A stretch of DNA of 64,000 nucleotides from Gammaproteobacteria bacterium (GCA_947480335.1 CANKCB010000006.1:13148-77147); one strand, 5' to 3'; counted from the first letter of the stretch, positions 11,884 to 22,879 are shown. Notes: generated by a model from the sequence alone, not told the origin. A program made the numbers and translations.

Positions 11884-12841
11884 TACTATTTTGCTCAGTT
11901 CACCTCACAAACATGATGGATCCACGATTAGGTCCATCATGTTCAAGGTATGTATGGCCTTGCTACCCGGGCTGCTTTGTAATATCTGGTATTTCGGGCC
12001 AGGAGTCATGTGGCAATGTCTGTATGCGACAGTCTTCGCCCTGCTGACTGAAGCCATCCTACTGACTGTGCGCAAACGTGATTTGCGATTGTTTCTGGGG
12101 GATGGTACAGCCATCGTAACAGCATGGCTTTTTGCCCTGATGATTAGCCCGCTGGTGCCCTGGTGGGTAAGCCTGACCGGAATCAGCTTTGGACTGGTGT
12201 TTGCCAAACATCTGTACGGTGGGCTGGGTCACAATCTGTTTAACCCTGCTGCAACCGGTTATATTTTCGTCCTGCTTTGTTTTCCAGTGATAATGAATCA
12301 CTGGCCAGTTATGCGTGAGTTATCGGCAGGTATCGATGTAATCAGTGGTGCCACCCCACTGGGTGATACTCAAACCCGACTCGCAGCCATGGACATGATT
12401 TCAGAAATTCAAATAGGCCCGCTTTACGGTATGTTTGCCGGGGCCGGTTGGGAATGGGTCAATCTGGCTTATCTGGCCGGAGGATGCTGGCTGGTGATCT
12501 CTGGAATTATCAGCTGGCGTATCCCGTTTGGTGTGGCTGGAGGTGTTTTTGTGGTCAGCACACTATTCAGTCTTTACAATCCGGATCTGTATGCATCGCC
12601 TCTGTTTCATCTGTTCAGTGGGGGAACCATGCTGGGTGCGTTTTTTATTGCCACCGATCCGGTGACCGCATCAACGACTCCCCGGGGTAAAATCATTTAT
12701 GGATGTTTGATTGGCTTGATTGCGTTTGTTCTCCGAACCTGGGGCGCCTACCCGGACGGTATCGCCTTTGCCGTCTTGATTGCCAATGCTGCCGTGCCCT
12801 TGATCGATCGGTATACCCGACCAAACATACTGGGCGAGTAA
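11876..12841 (+). CDS. rnfD: Rnf/Rsx complex subunit D
   Basis: SSPH, KHLYGGLGHNLFNPA, FMN-attachment SGATPL, FFIATDPVT. Confidence 0.95.
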   Translation: MADTILLSSPHKHDGSTIRSIMFKVCMALLPGLLCNIWYFGPGVMWQCLYATVFALLTEAILLTVRKRDLRLFLGDGTAIVTAWLFALMISPLVPWWVSLTGISFGLVFAKHLYGGLGHNLFNPAATGYIFVLLCFPVIMNHWPVMRELSAGIDVISGATPLGDTQTRLAAMDMISEIQIGPLYGMFAGAGWEWVNLAYLAGGCWLVISGIISWRIPFGVAGGVFVVSTLFSLYNPDLYASPLFHLFSGGTMLGAFFIATDPVTASTTPRGKIIYGCLIGLIAFVLRTWGAYPDGIAFAVLIANAAVPLIDRYTRPNILGE

Positions 12842-12846
12842 CTACC

Positions 12847-13461
12847 ATGTCAGAAACTGAAAAAATCTCACCGTTAATGATTTTCAGCTGGCTGATACTC
12901 GTGGTTACACTGGTGGCTATTCTGGCTGTTATCAACCATCTGACACGCGACAGGATTGCAGAGAACAGGCATCTGGCCACCCGTAAAATCCTTCAGCAAA
13001 TCATACCAGGGGAACACAATAATGATGTGTTCGCAGATACCCTGATACGCAACGAACCGAACTACCTTGGTTCAGACCATCCCGTCACTGTTATCCGATC
13101 CCGCAAAGATTCCTTACCTCTGGGTGTGGTGATCTATCCTGTAATTGCTGAGGGTTACAAGGGGCCCATCGAACTTGCAATCGGTATAAACCTGCAAGGC
13201 CAACTCAGCGGCGTTAGAGTTCTACAGGAAAATGAAACTGAAGGACTGGGAGCACAGATACACCAGAACAAAAGTGACTGGATCCTGTCCTTTACCGGGC
13301 TCTCTTTTAAAACCGTACCGCCTGAACAATGGGACGTTCGGAGTGAAAACGGTTACTTCGACCAGATCAGCGGTGCTACAATCACGTCCCGTAGTGTCAT
13401 CAATGCTGTCAAAAATACGCTGAACTACCATGAACTCACTGGAGAAACACTTTATAAATAA
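12847..13461 (+). CDS. rnfG: Rnf/Rsx complex subunit G
   Basis: N-terminal TM helix, GYKGPI, ETEGLG, FMN-attachment DQISGATITS. Confidence 0.92.
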   Translation: MSETEKISPLMIFSWLILVVTLVAILAVINHLTRDRIAENRHLATRKILQQIIPGEHNNDVFADTLIRNEPNYLGSDHPVTVIRSRKDSLPLGVVIYPVIAEGYKGPIELAIGINLQGQLSGVRVLQENETEGLGAQIHQNKSDWILSFTGLSFKTVPPEQWDVRSENGYFDQISGATITSRSVINAVKNTLNYHELTGETLYK

Positions 13462-13648
13462 TTAACGACAGTGGCATCAATTCAGCCAGCCTATCAGGGT
13501 GTGCGACCATATTTCAGACAAACGCCTGTCAAACCGGTTAAATACACCTGAAAAACTGTACAATTGACTGACAGACATTATCTTTTTGGCCCTAGCAATT
13601 GATAATTGCCTCTGTATCCTCTGTAGCAATCCATTTATTGAAGAAGAA

Positions 13649-13945
13649 ATGATGATAAGTAAAGACCAGAAGAAGTACCTACGTACCCTGTTACATACCC
13701 GCAACATAGTCATCTGGATTGGTCAGAACGGCCTGACTGAAAATGTGATGACAGAAGTTGAATCGGCTCTGGAACACCATGAATTGATCAAAATCAGGGT
13801 TCGCAGCAGTGACAGCTCCCAGAGGGATGTAATCCTAGAAAAGATTTGCGAAACAACCGGGGCTGAAGCAGTACAAAAAATCGGTAGCGTGGTTTCGGTA
13901 TACCGTCGCAACCCTGATAAGCCAGTAATCCGGTTTCCGCTCTGA
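13649..13945 (+). CDS. yhbY: YhbY family (CRM domain) RNA-binding protein
   Basis: QKKYLR, IGQNGLT, LEHHELIKIR, VQKIG..VSVYR. Confidence 0.9.
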   Translation: MMISKDQKKYLRTLLHTRNIVIWIGQNGLTENVMTEVESALEHHELIKIRVRSSDSSQRDVILEKICETTGAEAVQKIGSVVSVYRRNPDKPVIRFPL

Positions 13946-13953
13946 TTACAAGC

Positions 13954-16293
13954 ATGCTGTTACAAAACTGTAACTTTTTAGATCCGAACGTTATGTGTCA
14001 ACGTAACCCATCGGGATTATTGCCACTGCTCGGTCTGACTCTGTTGCTGGTATCGCCTGTCACCCTGGCACAAATGACCTCGAATGCAAAATGGTCGTTT
14101 TGCCCGACAACCATCGACATACCCTCCCGCCCAATCCTGACAGATAAACTGGAACAGAATGATATTTACCTACGTGCCAACCGGGCTGAATCCATCGAAG
14201 GAGGTGTGTCTACCCTGACCGGTAATGCAGAGTTGTCCTATAACCAGCAACAGCTTACTGCAGGCAGAATCGATTATCACCAGCCTGAGGATAGCGTCGA
14301 CCTGCAAGGCAATGTGAACTATTGGGACAATGCAGTCTACCTGAACAGTCCAGATGCACATGTCGAACTTGCAGCCGATAATGGCCTTTTCAAAAACGTC
14401 AATTACTGGCTGCTTGACACCCGCGGACGAGGCAAGGCGGATAAGGTAACCGTCACAGCTGGCAGTCTGACGGTAGGCGAGAAAGTCGACTACACCACCT
14501 GTGACCCAGACACCATCAGCCCGTGGAATATAACGAACAATGTCTGGAAGATCAGTGCTGGCAAGCTGACCTTAAATCATGATACAGATACGGGCACAGC
14601 CAGAAATGTGTTTTTAAAAGTCAAAAATATTCCGGTGTTTTACACCCCCTATTTGTCCTTCCCAATCAGTGACAAACGTAAATCCGGTTTCCTGATGCCG
14701 AAATTCGGCACTTCAACCCGGAATGGCATGGAAATACGGACTCCCTACTACTGGAATATCGCCCCGGACATGGATGCAACGATTACACCGAGGCCCATGT
14801 CAAACATTGGCACAATGATGATGGGGGAATTCCGGTATTTACTTGCACGCGGGACAGGATTACTGGATGTTGAATACCTGCCAAATGATTCGAAGTTTGA
14901 AGACAAGTCACGTAACTCAGTTGCGTTTTACCATCAGCAATCGTTTCTTGATAGCGGCAGCCTGACGTTGTTGTATAACCGTGTATCAGATCAACATTAT
15001 CTCGAACATTTCAGCAGTTCCATTCTGGGAACCAGTATCCAGTTCCTTGAACAAAGCGCCACGGCTTCCTATGCATGGAATGTAGATGGTCATGCATTTA
15101 GCCTGTTAAATGTGGTGGGAAATTTCCAGACGGTAGACAGAAATCTACCCATTGCGGCAAGGCCCTATAAACGTCTGCCTTCAACCACGCTGGGCTATAG
15201 TAATCCTGTAAGAAACCATGAGCTGAATTATGCATTGACCGGTAAATTCGATTACTTTACCCGGGGGAATGATATTTCACTCAGCAGCGTCAACGGCACA
15301 CGCTATGACCTCGCGCCAGCTGTATCCTTTCCGTTGAACTCGCAGTCCTACTTCGTTGTACCGAAAGCCGGAGGCCGTTATACCCAGTATTCGCTCAATG
15401 ACAACACTTCATTCAGCGACACACAGCCCAACCGCTTGTTACCTTTTTTCAGCCTGGACAGTGGACTGTTTCTGGAGCGCAATACACGTTTATTTGACGA
15501 GGATGTACTACAAACTCTGGAACCTCGTCTGTATTATCTTTATGTGCCACAGGAAGATCAGACCGATTTACCCGTATTTGACACTGGTGCACAACCCCTA
15601 TCGTATGCGTCCCTGTTTTATGACAATCGCTTTAATGGGCCGGATCGAATCGGCGATGCCAACCAGATTACACTGGCGGCAACCTCGAATATCTACACTG
15701 AAGCTACAGGGCAGTACCTGGGTTATCTTAGTCTGGGACAAACTTATTATTTACGCGATCAGTCGGTCACCTTGCCCGGCACACCTATCTTGCCTGAAGA
15801 CCACTCTCCGCTGATCTCTGAATTCGGTGTAAACCCGTTTGAGCATCTTGAACTGCGTGGCCAGCTGCAATGGGACCCCAGTTTGCATGATTCAGAACTG
15901 AAAATGGCAATAAGTGCGATGTATCATCCGGGACCTGGCAAGGTACTCAATCTGGCTTACAGGGATACGTATTATCCGGATATCAACAATCCCATTCGGG
16001 AACCACAAACCGATATATCATTTCACTGGCCAATCAAGCCTGAACTCAGTGTGGTCGGCAAATGGAATTATGCAATTGAGTCTGACAGAACCGTGGACAT
16101 GTTTACCGGAATTGAATACGACAGCTGTTGCTGGGGAATACGCCTGATAGGTAGAAGGTTTCTCAGCAATATTGCCGGCGAATTCGAATCTGGAGTTTTT
16201 CTGCAATTTGAGCTAAAAGGACTGGCAGGAATGGGTGAAAAAACGTTAGACTTTCTCAGCAGGAGCATACCTGGATATGAGCGCGAGTTTTAA
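13954..16293 (+). CDS. lptD: LPS assembly protein LptD
   Basis: YTTC, RKSGFLMP, PYYWNIAP, QTLEPRLYYLYVP, YDSCCW, QFELKGL; start may be 13993. Confidence 0.95.
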   Translation: MLLQNCNFLDPNVMCQRNPSGLLPLLGLTLLLVSPVTLAQMTSNAKWSFCPTTIDIPSRPILTDKLEQNDIYLRANRAESIEGGVSTLTGNAELSYNQQQLTAGRIDYHQPEDSVDLQGNVNYWDNAVYLNSPDAHVELAADNGLFKNVNYWLLDTRGRGKADKVTVTAGSLTVGEKVDYTTCDPDTISPWNITNNVWKISAGKLTLNHDTDTGTARNVFLKVKNIPVFYTPYLSFPISDKRKSGFLMPKFGTSTRNGMEIRTPYYWNIAPDMDATITPRPMSNIGTMMMGEFRYLLARGTGLLDVEYLPNDSKFEDKSRNSVAFYHQQSFLDSGSLTLLYNRVSDQHYLEHFSSSILGTSIQFLEQSATASYAWNVDGHAFSLLNVVGNFQTVDRNLPIAARPYKRLPSTTLGYSNPVRNHELNYALTGKFDYFTRGNDISLSSVNGTRYDLAPAVSFPLNSQSYFVVPKAGGRYTQYSLNDNTSFSDTQPNRLLPFFSLDSGLFLERNTRLFDEDVLQTLEPRLYYLYVPQEDQTDLPVFDTGAQPLSYASLFYDNRFNGPDRIGDANQITLAATSNIYTEATGQYLGYLSLGQTYYLRDQSVTLPGTPILPEDHSPLISEFGVNPFEHLELRGQLQWDPSLHDSELKMAISAMYHPGPGKVLNLAYRDTYYPDINNPIREPQTDISFHWPIKPELSVVGKWNYAIESDRTVDMFTGIEYDSCCWGIRLIGRRFLSNIAGEFESGVFLQFELKGLAGMGEKTLDFLSRSIPGYEREF

Positions 16294-16297
16294 TACC

Positions 16298-17593
16298 ATG
16301 CAATATAATAATTGCTTTAAATTCATTATGTTACTAGGATTTTTCAGTATTACCATGCTGGCGAGAGCAGCTGACCCGGTAGACCGTATTGTTGCCGTGG
16401 TTGAAGATGATGTGGTACTGAGCAGTGAATTGGATGAACGTATACGTACGGTAAAGGGCCAATTGACGGAACAAGGCACCCCATTACCTCCGGATACAGT
16501 ACTGGAAAAACAGGTACTGGACAGACTGGTTCTGACCAAACTACAGATCCAGATGGCCAAGAAAACCGGCATTCGTGTCGATGATGAATCGCTGAATCAG
16601 ACCATCAGTAAAATTGCTGCCGAGAATCAGCTAACATTGGCCCAGTTCCGCGAAGTTCTGGAAAAAGACGGCTACAAGTATGATGATTTTCGTGAAGACA
16701 TCCGCAATGAAATTCTGGTATCACGTTTAAAACAACGCCAGGTAGACAACAGGGTCTTCATCAGCGATCGCGAAATTGATGACTTCCTGGCCAATATGGA
16801 ACATCAGGGCGGACTGGAAAAGGAATACCTTATTTCGCATGTGTTAATTGCCCTACCAGACTCCCCATCTGCAGAAGATATACAGCAAACCCAGCAACTG
16901 GCTGAAAAAGTTCAGAAAGAGTTGCAGGCTGGCGGCGATATTGCTGCCATTGCCGCCACCTATTCAGACGGCGATCAAAGTCTTGAAGGCGGAGATCTGG
17001 GATGGAGAAAATACAGTCAGGTTCCCTCCCTGTTTACTGATTTCATTGCCACCATGAATAAGGGTGACATCAGCGAACTGATCCGTAGTCCTAATGGCTA
17101 TCATATTATTAAATTAATGGATGTGCGGGATGGTGAAGCCCTCTCCGTGTCCCAGACCCATGCCCGTCATATATTAATCAAAACCAGTGAAATCGCGACT
17201 GAAGAACAGGTTATAGAAAGATTACACGCCCTGCGACAACGAATCGAAAATGGCGACGATTTTGCCGAACTGGCACGGGGAAACTCTGAAGATCTGGTCA
17301 GTGCGGCGGATGGTGGCGATCTGGGCTGGACCAGTCCAGGGGATATGGTGCCAGAATTCGACAATGAAATGAAAGCGCTGGCACCAAATCAGCTCAGTCA
17401 ACCTTTCGAGACCCAGTTTGGCTGGCACATTGTTCAGGTACTGGAACGTCGCGAATATAATAGTACTGATGATATTCGTCGCACACGTGCCCGCGAAGTA
17501 CTCCGCCAGAGAAAGATGGATGAGGCGCAGGAGACATGGTTACAACAGATGCGCGACGAGGCGTACGTAGAATATCGTCTGGAACAGAAATAA
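16298..17593 (+). CDS. surA: Periplasmic chaperone/PPIase SurA
   Basis: DRIVAVV, two parvulin domains (GGDLGW twice, HARHILI); follows lptD. Confidence 0.95.
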   Translation: MQYNNCFKFIMLLGFFSITMLARAADPVDRIVAVVEDDVVLSSELDERIRTVKGQLTEQGTPLPPDTVLEKQVLDRLVLTKLQIQMAKKTGIRVDDESLNQTISKIAAENQLTLAQFREVLEKDGYKYDDFREDIRNEILVSRLKQRQVDNRVFISDREIDDFLANMEHQGGLEKEYLISHVLIALPDSPSAEDIQQTQQLAEKVQKELQAGGDIAAIAATYSDGDQSLEGGDLGWRKYSQVPSLFTDFIATMNKGDISELIRSPNGYHIIKLMDVRDGEALSVSQTHARHILIKTSEIATEEQVIERLHALRQRIENGDDFAELARGNSEDLVSAADGGDLGWTSPGDMVPEFDNEMKALAPNQLSQPFETQFGWHIVQVLERREYNSTDDIRRTRAREVLRQRKMDEAQETWLQQMRDEAYVEYRLEQK

Positions 17594-18578
17594 TCCCCGA
17601 CCACTGGTACTGACGCCGGGAGAACCTGCCGGCATTGGTCCGGACCTGGCGGTTTCACTCTCCCGGCAATCCTTTGGTTTCGGACTGATCGTTATTGCTG
17701 ATCCAGATCTGCTGCAAGAAAGAGCCGCACGCTTAAAAATCCCACTCGATATTTACCTGTACGATCAAAAACAGCCTGTTAAACATCAGCTGGCCGGCCG
17801 ACTGACTGTCTTGCCATCAGGCTTGATCACAGCTGTCACTACCGGCAAACCTGTAACAGAAAATGCCAGCTGTGTTTTATCCGCTATTGACAGGGCCACT
17901 GATGGATGTCTTTCTGGTGAATTTGCGGCTGTAGTCACCGGTCCTGTCAACAAGGCTGTAATCAATCAGGCCGGTATCCGGTTTAGTGGTCATACCGAAT
18001 ACATTGCTCAACGTTGCAATAATGCATTTCCGGTCATGATGCTGATGAACGATAATTTGCGTGTGGCCCTGGTCACAACCCACCTGCCCCTGTCAGAGGT
18101 ACCACAAGCCATTACCCGCCAGCTCGTAGAAACTGTCATCATGACTGTACATAATGATCTGGTTGCTCGCTTTGGTCTTTCTACCCCACGTATTCTGGTT
18201 TGCGGCCTGAATCCACATGCCGGTGAACAGGGATATCTTGGACGTGAGGAAATTGACACCATTATTCCGGCCATTCGCTACTTGCAAAATCAAGGTCTGT
18301 ACGTGACCGGGCCTATTCCGGCTGATACCGCATTCACTCCGACCTCGCTAAAAGAAGTAGATGTCGTGGTCAGTATGTTTCACGATCAAGGACTGCCCGT
18401 TTTAAAAGCCTCTGGATTTGGAGAAACTGTAAATGTCACACTGGGCCTGCCGATCATCCGAACCTCTGTAGACCATGGCACGGCACTGGATCTGGCCGGT
18501 ACCGGCAAGGCCAGTGACAGCAGTCTGATTGCGGCAATTAAGTGTGCGGCACGACTGTCCGGTCTGTCACCACGCTAG
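17593..18578 (+). CDS. pdxA: 4-hydroxythreonine-4-phosphate dehydrogenase; start codon disrupted by an apparent 1-nt deletion
   Basis: Frame reads LVLTPGEPAGIGPDL from 17604, later GHTEY, GLNPHAGE, RTSVDHGTA; TAAT[G]CCCCGA would give ATG overlapping the surA stop. Confidence 0.92.
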
Positions 18579-18605
18579 CCAGATCGAATAGCAAAGGTAA
18601 TACCT

Positions 18606-19388
18606 ATGACAGTCCGCGCCAGAAAACGATTTGGTCAGCACTTTTTACATGACAAAAATGTCATAACCCGAATTATTAATCAGATCAATTTACAACCTGC
18701 ACAAACAATGGTTGAAATAGGCCCCGGTACGGGTGCGCTAACTTTCCCATTGCTGGAACAGGTTGCCAAGTTACATGCCATTGAAATAGACAGGGATCTG
18801 GCTCAACTATTGCAAACCAGGGTTCCTGCAGACAGATTAACCATACACTGTGTAGATGTACTCAAATTTGAGTTTTGCAAACACTTTGAAAGCCGACTCA
18901 ATGTTGTCGGCAACCTGCCCTACAATATTTCCACACCTTTGATATTTCATCTGCTGGATCAGGCATCCTGTATTGATCAGATGATCTTCATGTTGCAGAA
19001 AGAGGTTGCAGAACGTATTTGCGCTGAACCGGGATCGAACGAGTATGGTCGACTGTCGATTATGGTTCAGTCCCAATGTCAGGTGGAATGGTTATTCAAT
19101 GTCAGTGCTGATTCCTTCAGTCCACCTCCGAAAGTGGAATCGGCCGTGATAAAACTGTATCCGGGAAAACACACCTGCAGTAGCATCAAGGACCGCAAGC
19201 TGTTCAATGAACTGGTTCGTACCGCTTTCAGCAAACGCCGCAAGACCATTCGTAATGCACTGAAATCACTTGTTCCCGAACAAATTTTGCTCGATTCAGG
19301 AATCACGCTTTCTTCACGACCGGAGGAATTGCCGGTCGAAACCTATATCAATCTTGCCAACGCGCTACAACAGGTTAGACAGTCCTGA
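18606..19388 (+). CDS. rsmA: 16S rRNA dimethyltransferase
   Basis: RKRFGQHFL, EIGPGTGALT, GNLPYNIS, FSPPPKVES. Confidence 0.96.
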   Translation: MTVRARKRFGQHFLHDKNVITRIINQINLQPAQTMVEIGPGTGALTFPLLEQVAKLHAIEIDRDLAQLLQTRVPADRLTIHCVDVLKFEFCKHFESRLNVVGNLPYNISTPLIFHLLDQASCIDQMIFMLQKEVAERICAEPGSNEYGRLSIMVQSQCQVEWLFNVSADSFSPPPKVESAVIKLYPGKHTCSSIKDRKLFNELVRTAFSKRRKTIRNALKSLVPEQILLDSGITLSSRPEELPVETYINLANALQQVRQS

Positions 19389-19418
19389 TTTACCTCCTCA
19401 CACCTGATACTGCTCCCT

Positions 19419-20291
19419 TCACTTGTCCGATTGACCACGTAGCATAGTGATGACCGACTCTGTCTCTGGTCGGATGCCACGCCAGAGGTAAAATGCCTCC
19501 GCCGCCTGTTCTACCAGCATACCCAGACCATCCAGTGCACAAAGTACTCCCTGACTTTTGGCCCACCCGACAAAGGCCGTTTCGCGCTCACCATAAACCA
19601 TGTCATAACAACTGGTCTGGTGGTTAACCAGGCTGGCAGGTAACGGTGGCAAGTCGCCCTGTAGACCGGAAGAAATGGCATTTATTACCAAATCGAATTG
19701 CCCTGCATCAGTCAGGGCATCCAGCGAGAGTGCCCTTAGATTTGAATATCCGCTCAATCCATCAACCAGTGTTTGCGCCCGAGCTAATGTTCTGTTTGCA
19801 ATCCACACGCTGTCCGGCTTTCTGTCCATTAACGGAGCAAGCACACCGCGAACGGCGCCACCGGCACCCAGTATGAGGATGCGCCGGTCGGTTAAAGAAA
19901 TCTGATTTCGATCCATGTCCCTGACAAGTCCCGCGCCATCGGTATTATCGCCATGAATAGTACCGCCAGACTCAAAGGTTAAGGTATTGACCGCACCGGC
20001 GATGCTGGCACGGGAAGTATGCTTAGTCGCAAGTTGCCAGGCCTGTTCCTTGAAAGGTACTGTAATATTCAGGCCTTTACCTCCTGCGTCGCGAAATGCC
20101 AGCGCTGCTTCCCTGAATTTATCCGGTGCAACCAGAATTGGTTGATAATGTATGGACTGCTTGGTTTGTCTGGCAAATGCTTGATGGATTCGGGGAGATT
20201 TACTATGGGCAATCGGATTGCCCATTACTGCGTAGTTATCAGTATTGGGCTCCATCCGAAAATCGAATGGAGCCGTGTCGACAGCTTTCAT
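19419..20291 (-). CDS. aroE: Shikimate dehydrogenase
   Basis: GNPIAHSKSP, NITVPFK, GAVNT, NTDG, GAGGA, MLVEQAA; start may be 20255. Confidence 0.95.
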   Translation of the reverse strand: MKAVDTAPFDFRMEPNTDNYAVMGNPIAHSKSPRIHQAFARQTKQSIHYQPILVAPDKFREAALAFRDAGGKGLNITVPFKEQAWQLATKHTSRASIAGAVNTLTFESGGTIHGDNTDGAGLVRDMDRNQISLTDRRILILGAGGAVRGVLAPLMDRKPDSVWIANRTLARAQTLVDGLSGYSNLRALSLDALTDAGQFDLVINAISSGLQGDLPPLPASLVNHQTSCYDMVYGERETAFVGWAKSQGVLCALDGLGMLVEQAAEAFYLWRGIRPETESVITMLRGQSDK

Positions 20292-20312
20292 ACCTTCGAC
20301 ACTGGCCGTATA

Positions 20313-21365
20313 TCAGCCAGAACCGCCCAGGCCACCTTTAAGACAGCAGGCCTGTATCCCTCTTTCGCTTAATAAAAATGCGGCGGCAGAACTGCGACGA
20401 CCGGTATCACAATAAAGTATGTGTGTCTTGCTGGCATCGAGTTTGTCGACTTTCATGCGCAGCATGAACAACGGAATATTGATACTGCCGGGTATGCCAT
20501 TGTTTTTATGTTCACTTTCCAACCTAACATCAATCCAGACAGCCGTGCCGCCTGCAACCATCTTGTCGGCATCAGCGCGACTTACCCAGCTCAACATCGG
20601 CTCTTTCAAGAGCGAATTAAAATCTTCCTTGGACAGACGCATCAGTGTGCCATCAGTCAACATAATGATATTGGCATTGCGTTTGGCTTCCGACAACAGC
20701 GCTTCTTCACCAAAGGCGTCGCCTTCATTCAAGGTGGCCAGTGTTAATTCTGTATTGGTTTTCGATGCGCGGGTTACCTTGCATTTGCCACTCTTGATGA
20801 TGTAATAATAATCGCCGTCATCACCCTGCTTGATAATCGCTTCACCGGTCTTTACGGCCATTTCCTGTATACGCATAAACATCGCCTGGATATTCGCGGG
20901 CGGAATCTGCAGGAAGGCTTTTGATTGCAGGATACGTGTCATCCAGTCGCCGTCCTCATCGCCCCCTTCCGATCCGTCATTGACAGAAATTTCATCCACT
21001 TCGATACCGGACATCTGATCCCAGGTAAGCAAAATATCAAGCAGATCACTATCTATACGCGTAATTTTGCACGGTACCTTGGCTATGCCAGTTTGCTTAC
21101 GTGGCTGAGAATTCCCCAGTGGATGTTTAGACTGCTCTGTCCCTGATTTCACAATAGAAACAGCACCGGCATCATTTTTCAACTCAACCTCACCCTCTAT
21201 CAGATAGACAGCTTTCTTATCTGTGTCGCCTGTCTTGAACAAGGCCGCACCCGTCGGGATTTCTTCAACAAACGTTTTCGCCGCCAGTTCTTCAAAATTG
21301 TCACGGTTCAACGCGCTGGGGGGTACGAACGATCTCAATACTGCTTTATCTACCAGATTTGCCAT
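20313..21365 (-). CDS. Tandem cNMP-binding domains plus C-terminal rhodanese domain
   Basis: LFKTGD..YLIEGEV and IIKQGD..YIIKSG..FGEEAL..RNA; WIDVR, IPGSINIP, YCDTGRRS. Confidence 0.85.
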   Translation of the reverse strand: MANLVDKAVLRSFVPPSALNRDNFEELAAKTFVEEIPTGAALFKTGDTDKKAVYLIEGEVELKNDAGAVSIVKSGTEQSKHPLGNSQPRKQTGIAKVPCKITRIDSDLLDILLTWDQMSGIEVDEISVNDGSEGGDEDGDWMTRILQSKAFLQIPPANIQAMFMRIQEMAVKTGEAIIKQGDDGDYYYIIKSGKCKVTRASKTNTELTLATLNEGDAFGEEALLSEAKRNANIIMLTDGTLMRLSKEDFNSLLKEPMLSWVSRADADKMVAGGTAVWIDVRLESEHKNNGIPGSINIPLFMLRMKVDKLDASKTHILYCDTGRRSSAAAFLLSERGIQACCLKGGLGGSG

Positions 21366-21524
21366 GTATATCCTCAAAAAAAACAGATGGGGTATCCCTA
21401 AAAAACCGTTACATTTTATGCCGAGATTCAATGGAATGGAACAATGTCTGTTTACAAGACAATCTACAGCCAGTGAACTAACCTGCTGTCATCATACCAT
21501 TTCAGACAGAAGATTATTACCGAC

Positions 21525-21553
21525 AAAAAAAACGGGTGCATGGCACCCGTTTT
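21525..21553. terminator. Intrinsic terminator downstream of amtB
   Basis: AAAAAAACGGGTGC-ATG-GCACCCGTTTT. Confidence 0.8.
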
Positions 21554-21580
21554 AGCTTGTTTCTGGCTGTTTTTTTACCG

Positions 21581-22879
21581 CTAGAAGTTATAGCCCCGTT
21601 CATCATGCGAGACCAGATCCAACCCCTCCATTTCCTGCTCATCTGTGACACGCAATCCTATCATCGCGTCAATTATTTTTAATAGTATGTAGGAAATCAC
21701 TCCACACCAGGCAGCGGTGGCAATAATTCCAGTTAACTGTGTTATCACTTGTGAACCCATGGAAACTTTCAAACCCAGACCACCGAACGTGTCAGCTGCA
21801 AATACACCTGTTAACAAGGTACCCAGAATTCCGCCAACACCGTGCACCGGAAAAACGTCCAGTGAATCATCTATGTGCAAACCACGTTTGACATATTGGG
21901 TAGAGTAATAACAAATTACTCCGGCCGAGATTCCGATTATCAATGCACCTGCAGGACCGACAAATCCGGAAGCCGGTGTAATCGTACCTAAACCGGCTAC
22001 CATGCCGGTGACAATTCCCAGTACACTGGGTTTGCCATGCTTGAGCCATTCACAACTCATCCAGGTGAGCGAACCGGCCGCTGCTGAGATATGGGTTACT
22101 GTCATGGCCATACCGGCATTCGCATTGGCCGCTAGCGCGCTACCGGCATTAAAACCAAACCAGCCAACCCACAACATCGAAGCTCCGGTTATCACAAGTG
22201 TCATATTGTGCGGGGGCATGGCCACCGACGGGAACCCTCTGCGTTTGCCCAGTATGACTGCAGCCACCAGCGCGGCTATACCGGCATTCACATGCACTAC
22301 GGCACCACCGGCAAAATCCAGAAAACCCATCTTACTGAGCCATCCGCCACCCCAAATCCAGTGACAAACCGGTGCATAGACCAACAGCATCCACAAGGAA
22401 GTAAACCACAACACGGCCGAAAATTTCATACGTTCTGCTGTTGCACCGATGATCAAGGCCGGAGTAATGATGGCAAAGGTCATCTGAAACATGAAAAACA
22501 CGGTTTCAGGTAAATCTCCCGTCATACTGTTCAGATTGACTGAGTCCATAAAGAATTTGCTAAGACCAATCATGTTATTGAGGCTGCCACCATTACCAAA
22601 TGCCAGCGCATAACCCGCCACCATCCACAGAATGGACATTAGGCATGCTATAGCAAAACATTGCATGGTAACGGACAACACGTTTTTGTGACGAACCAGT
22701 CCGCTATAAAATAATGCAAGACCCGGTAAGGTCATAAATAACACCAGCGCGGTTGAAGTCAGTATCCAGGCCGTATTGGCCCCGTTAATCGCGACATTCT
22801 GGGCAAAAGCAAACTGAGGAATCAAGATACTAATCAGGGCTATCATCCACAAAGGCTTGTTGAAATTTCCGATTTTCAT
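21581..22879 (-). CDS. amtB: Ammonium transporter (copy 2)
   Basis: FQMTFAIITPAL, DFAGGAVVH, GWFGFNAGS, DDSLDVFPVHG; both pore His present. Confidence 0.95.
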   Translation of the reverse strand: MKIGNFNKPLWMIALISILIPQFAFAQNVAINGANTAWILTSTALVLFMTLPGLALFYSGLVRHKNVLSVTMQCFAIACLMSILWMVAGYALAFGNGGSLNNMIGLSKFFMDSVNLNSMTGDLPETVFFMFQMTFAIITPALIIGATAERMKFSAVLWFTSLWMLLVYAPVCHWIWGGGWLSKMGFLDFAGGAVVHVNAGIAALVAAVILGKRRGFPSVAMPPHNMTLVITGASMLWVGWFGFNAGSALAANANAGMAMTVTHISAAAGSLTWMSCEWLKHGKPSVLGIVTGMVAGLGTITPASGFVGPAGALIIGISAGVICYYSTQYVKRGLHIDDSLDVFPVHGVGGILGTLLTGVFAADTFGGLGLKVSMGSQVITQLTGIIATAAWCGVISYILLKIIDAMIGLRVTDEQEMEGLDLVSHDERGYNF

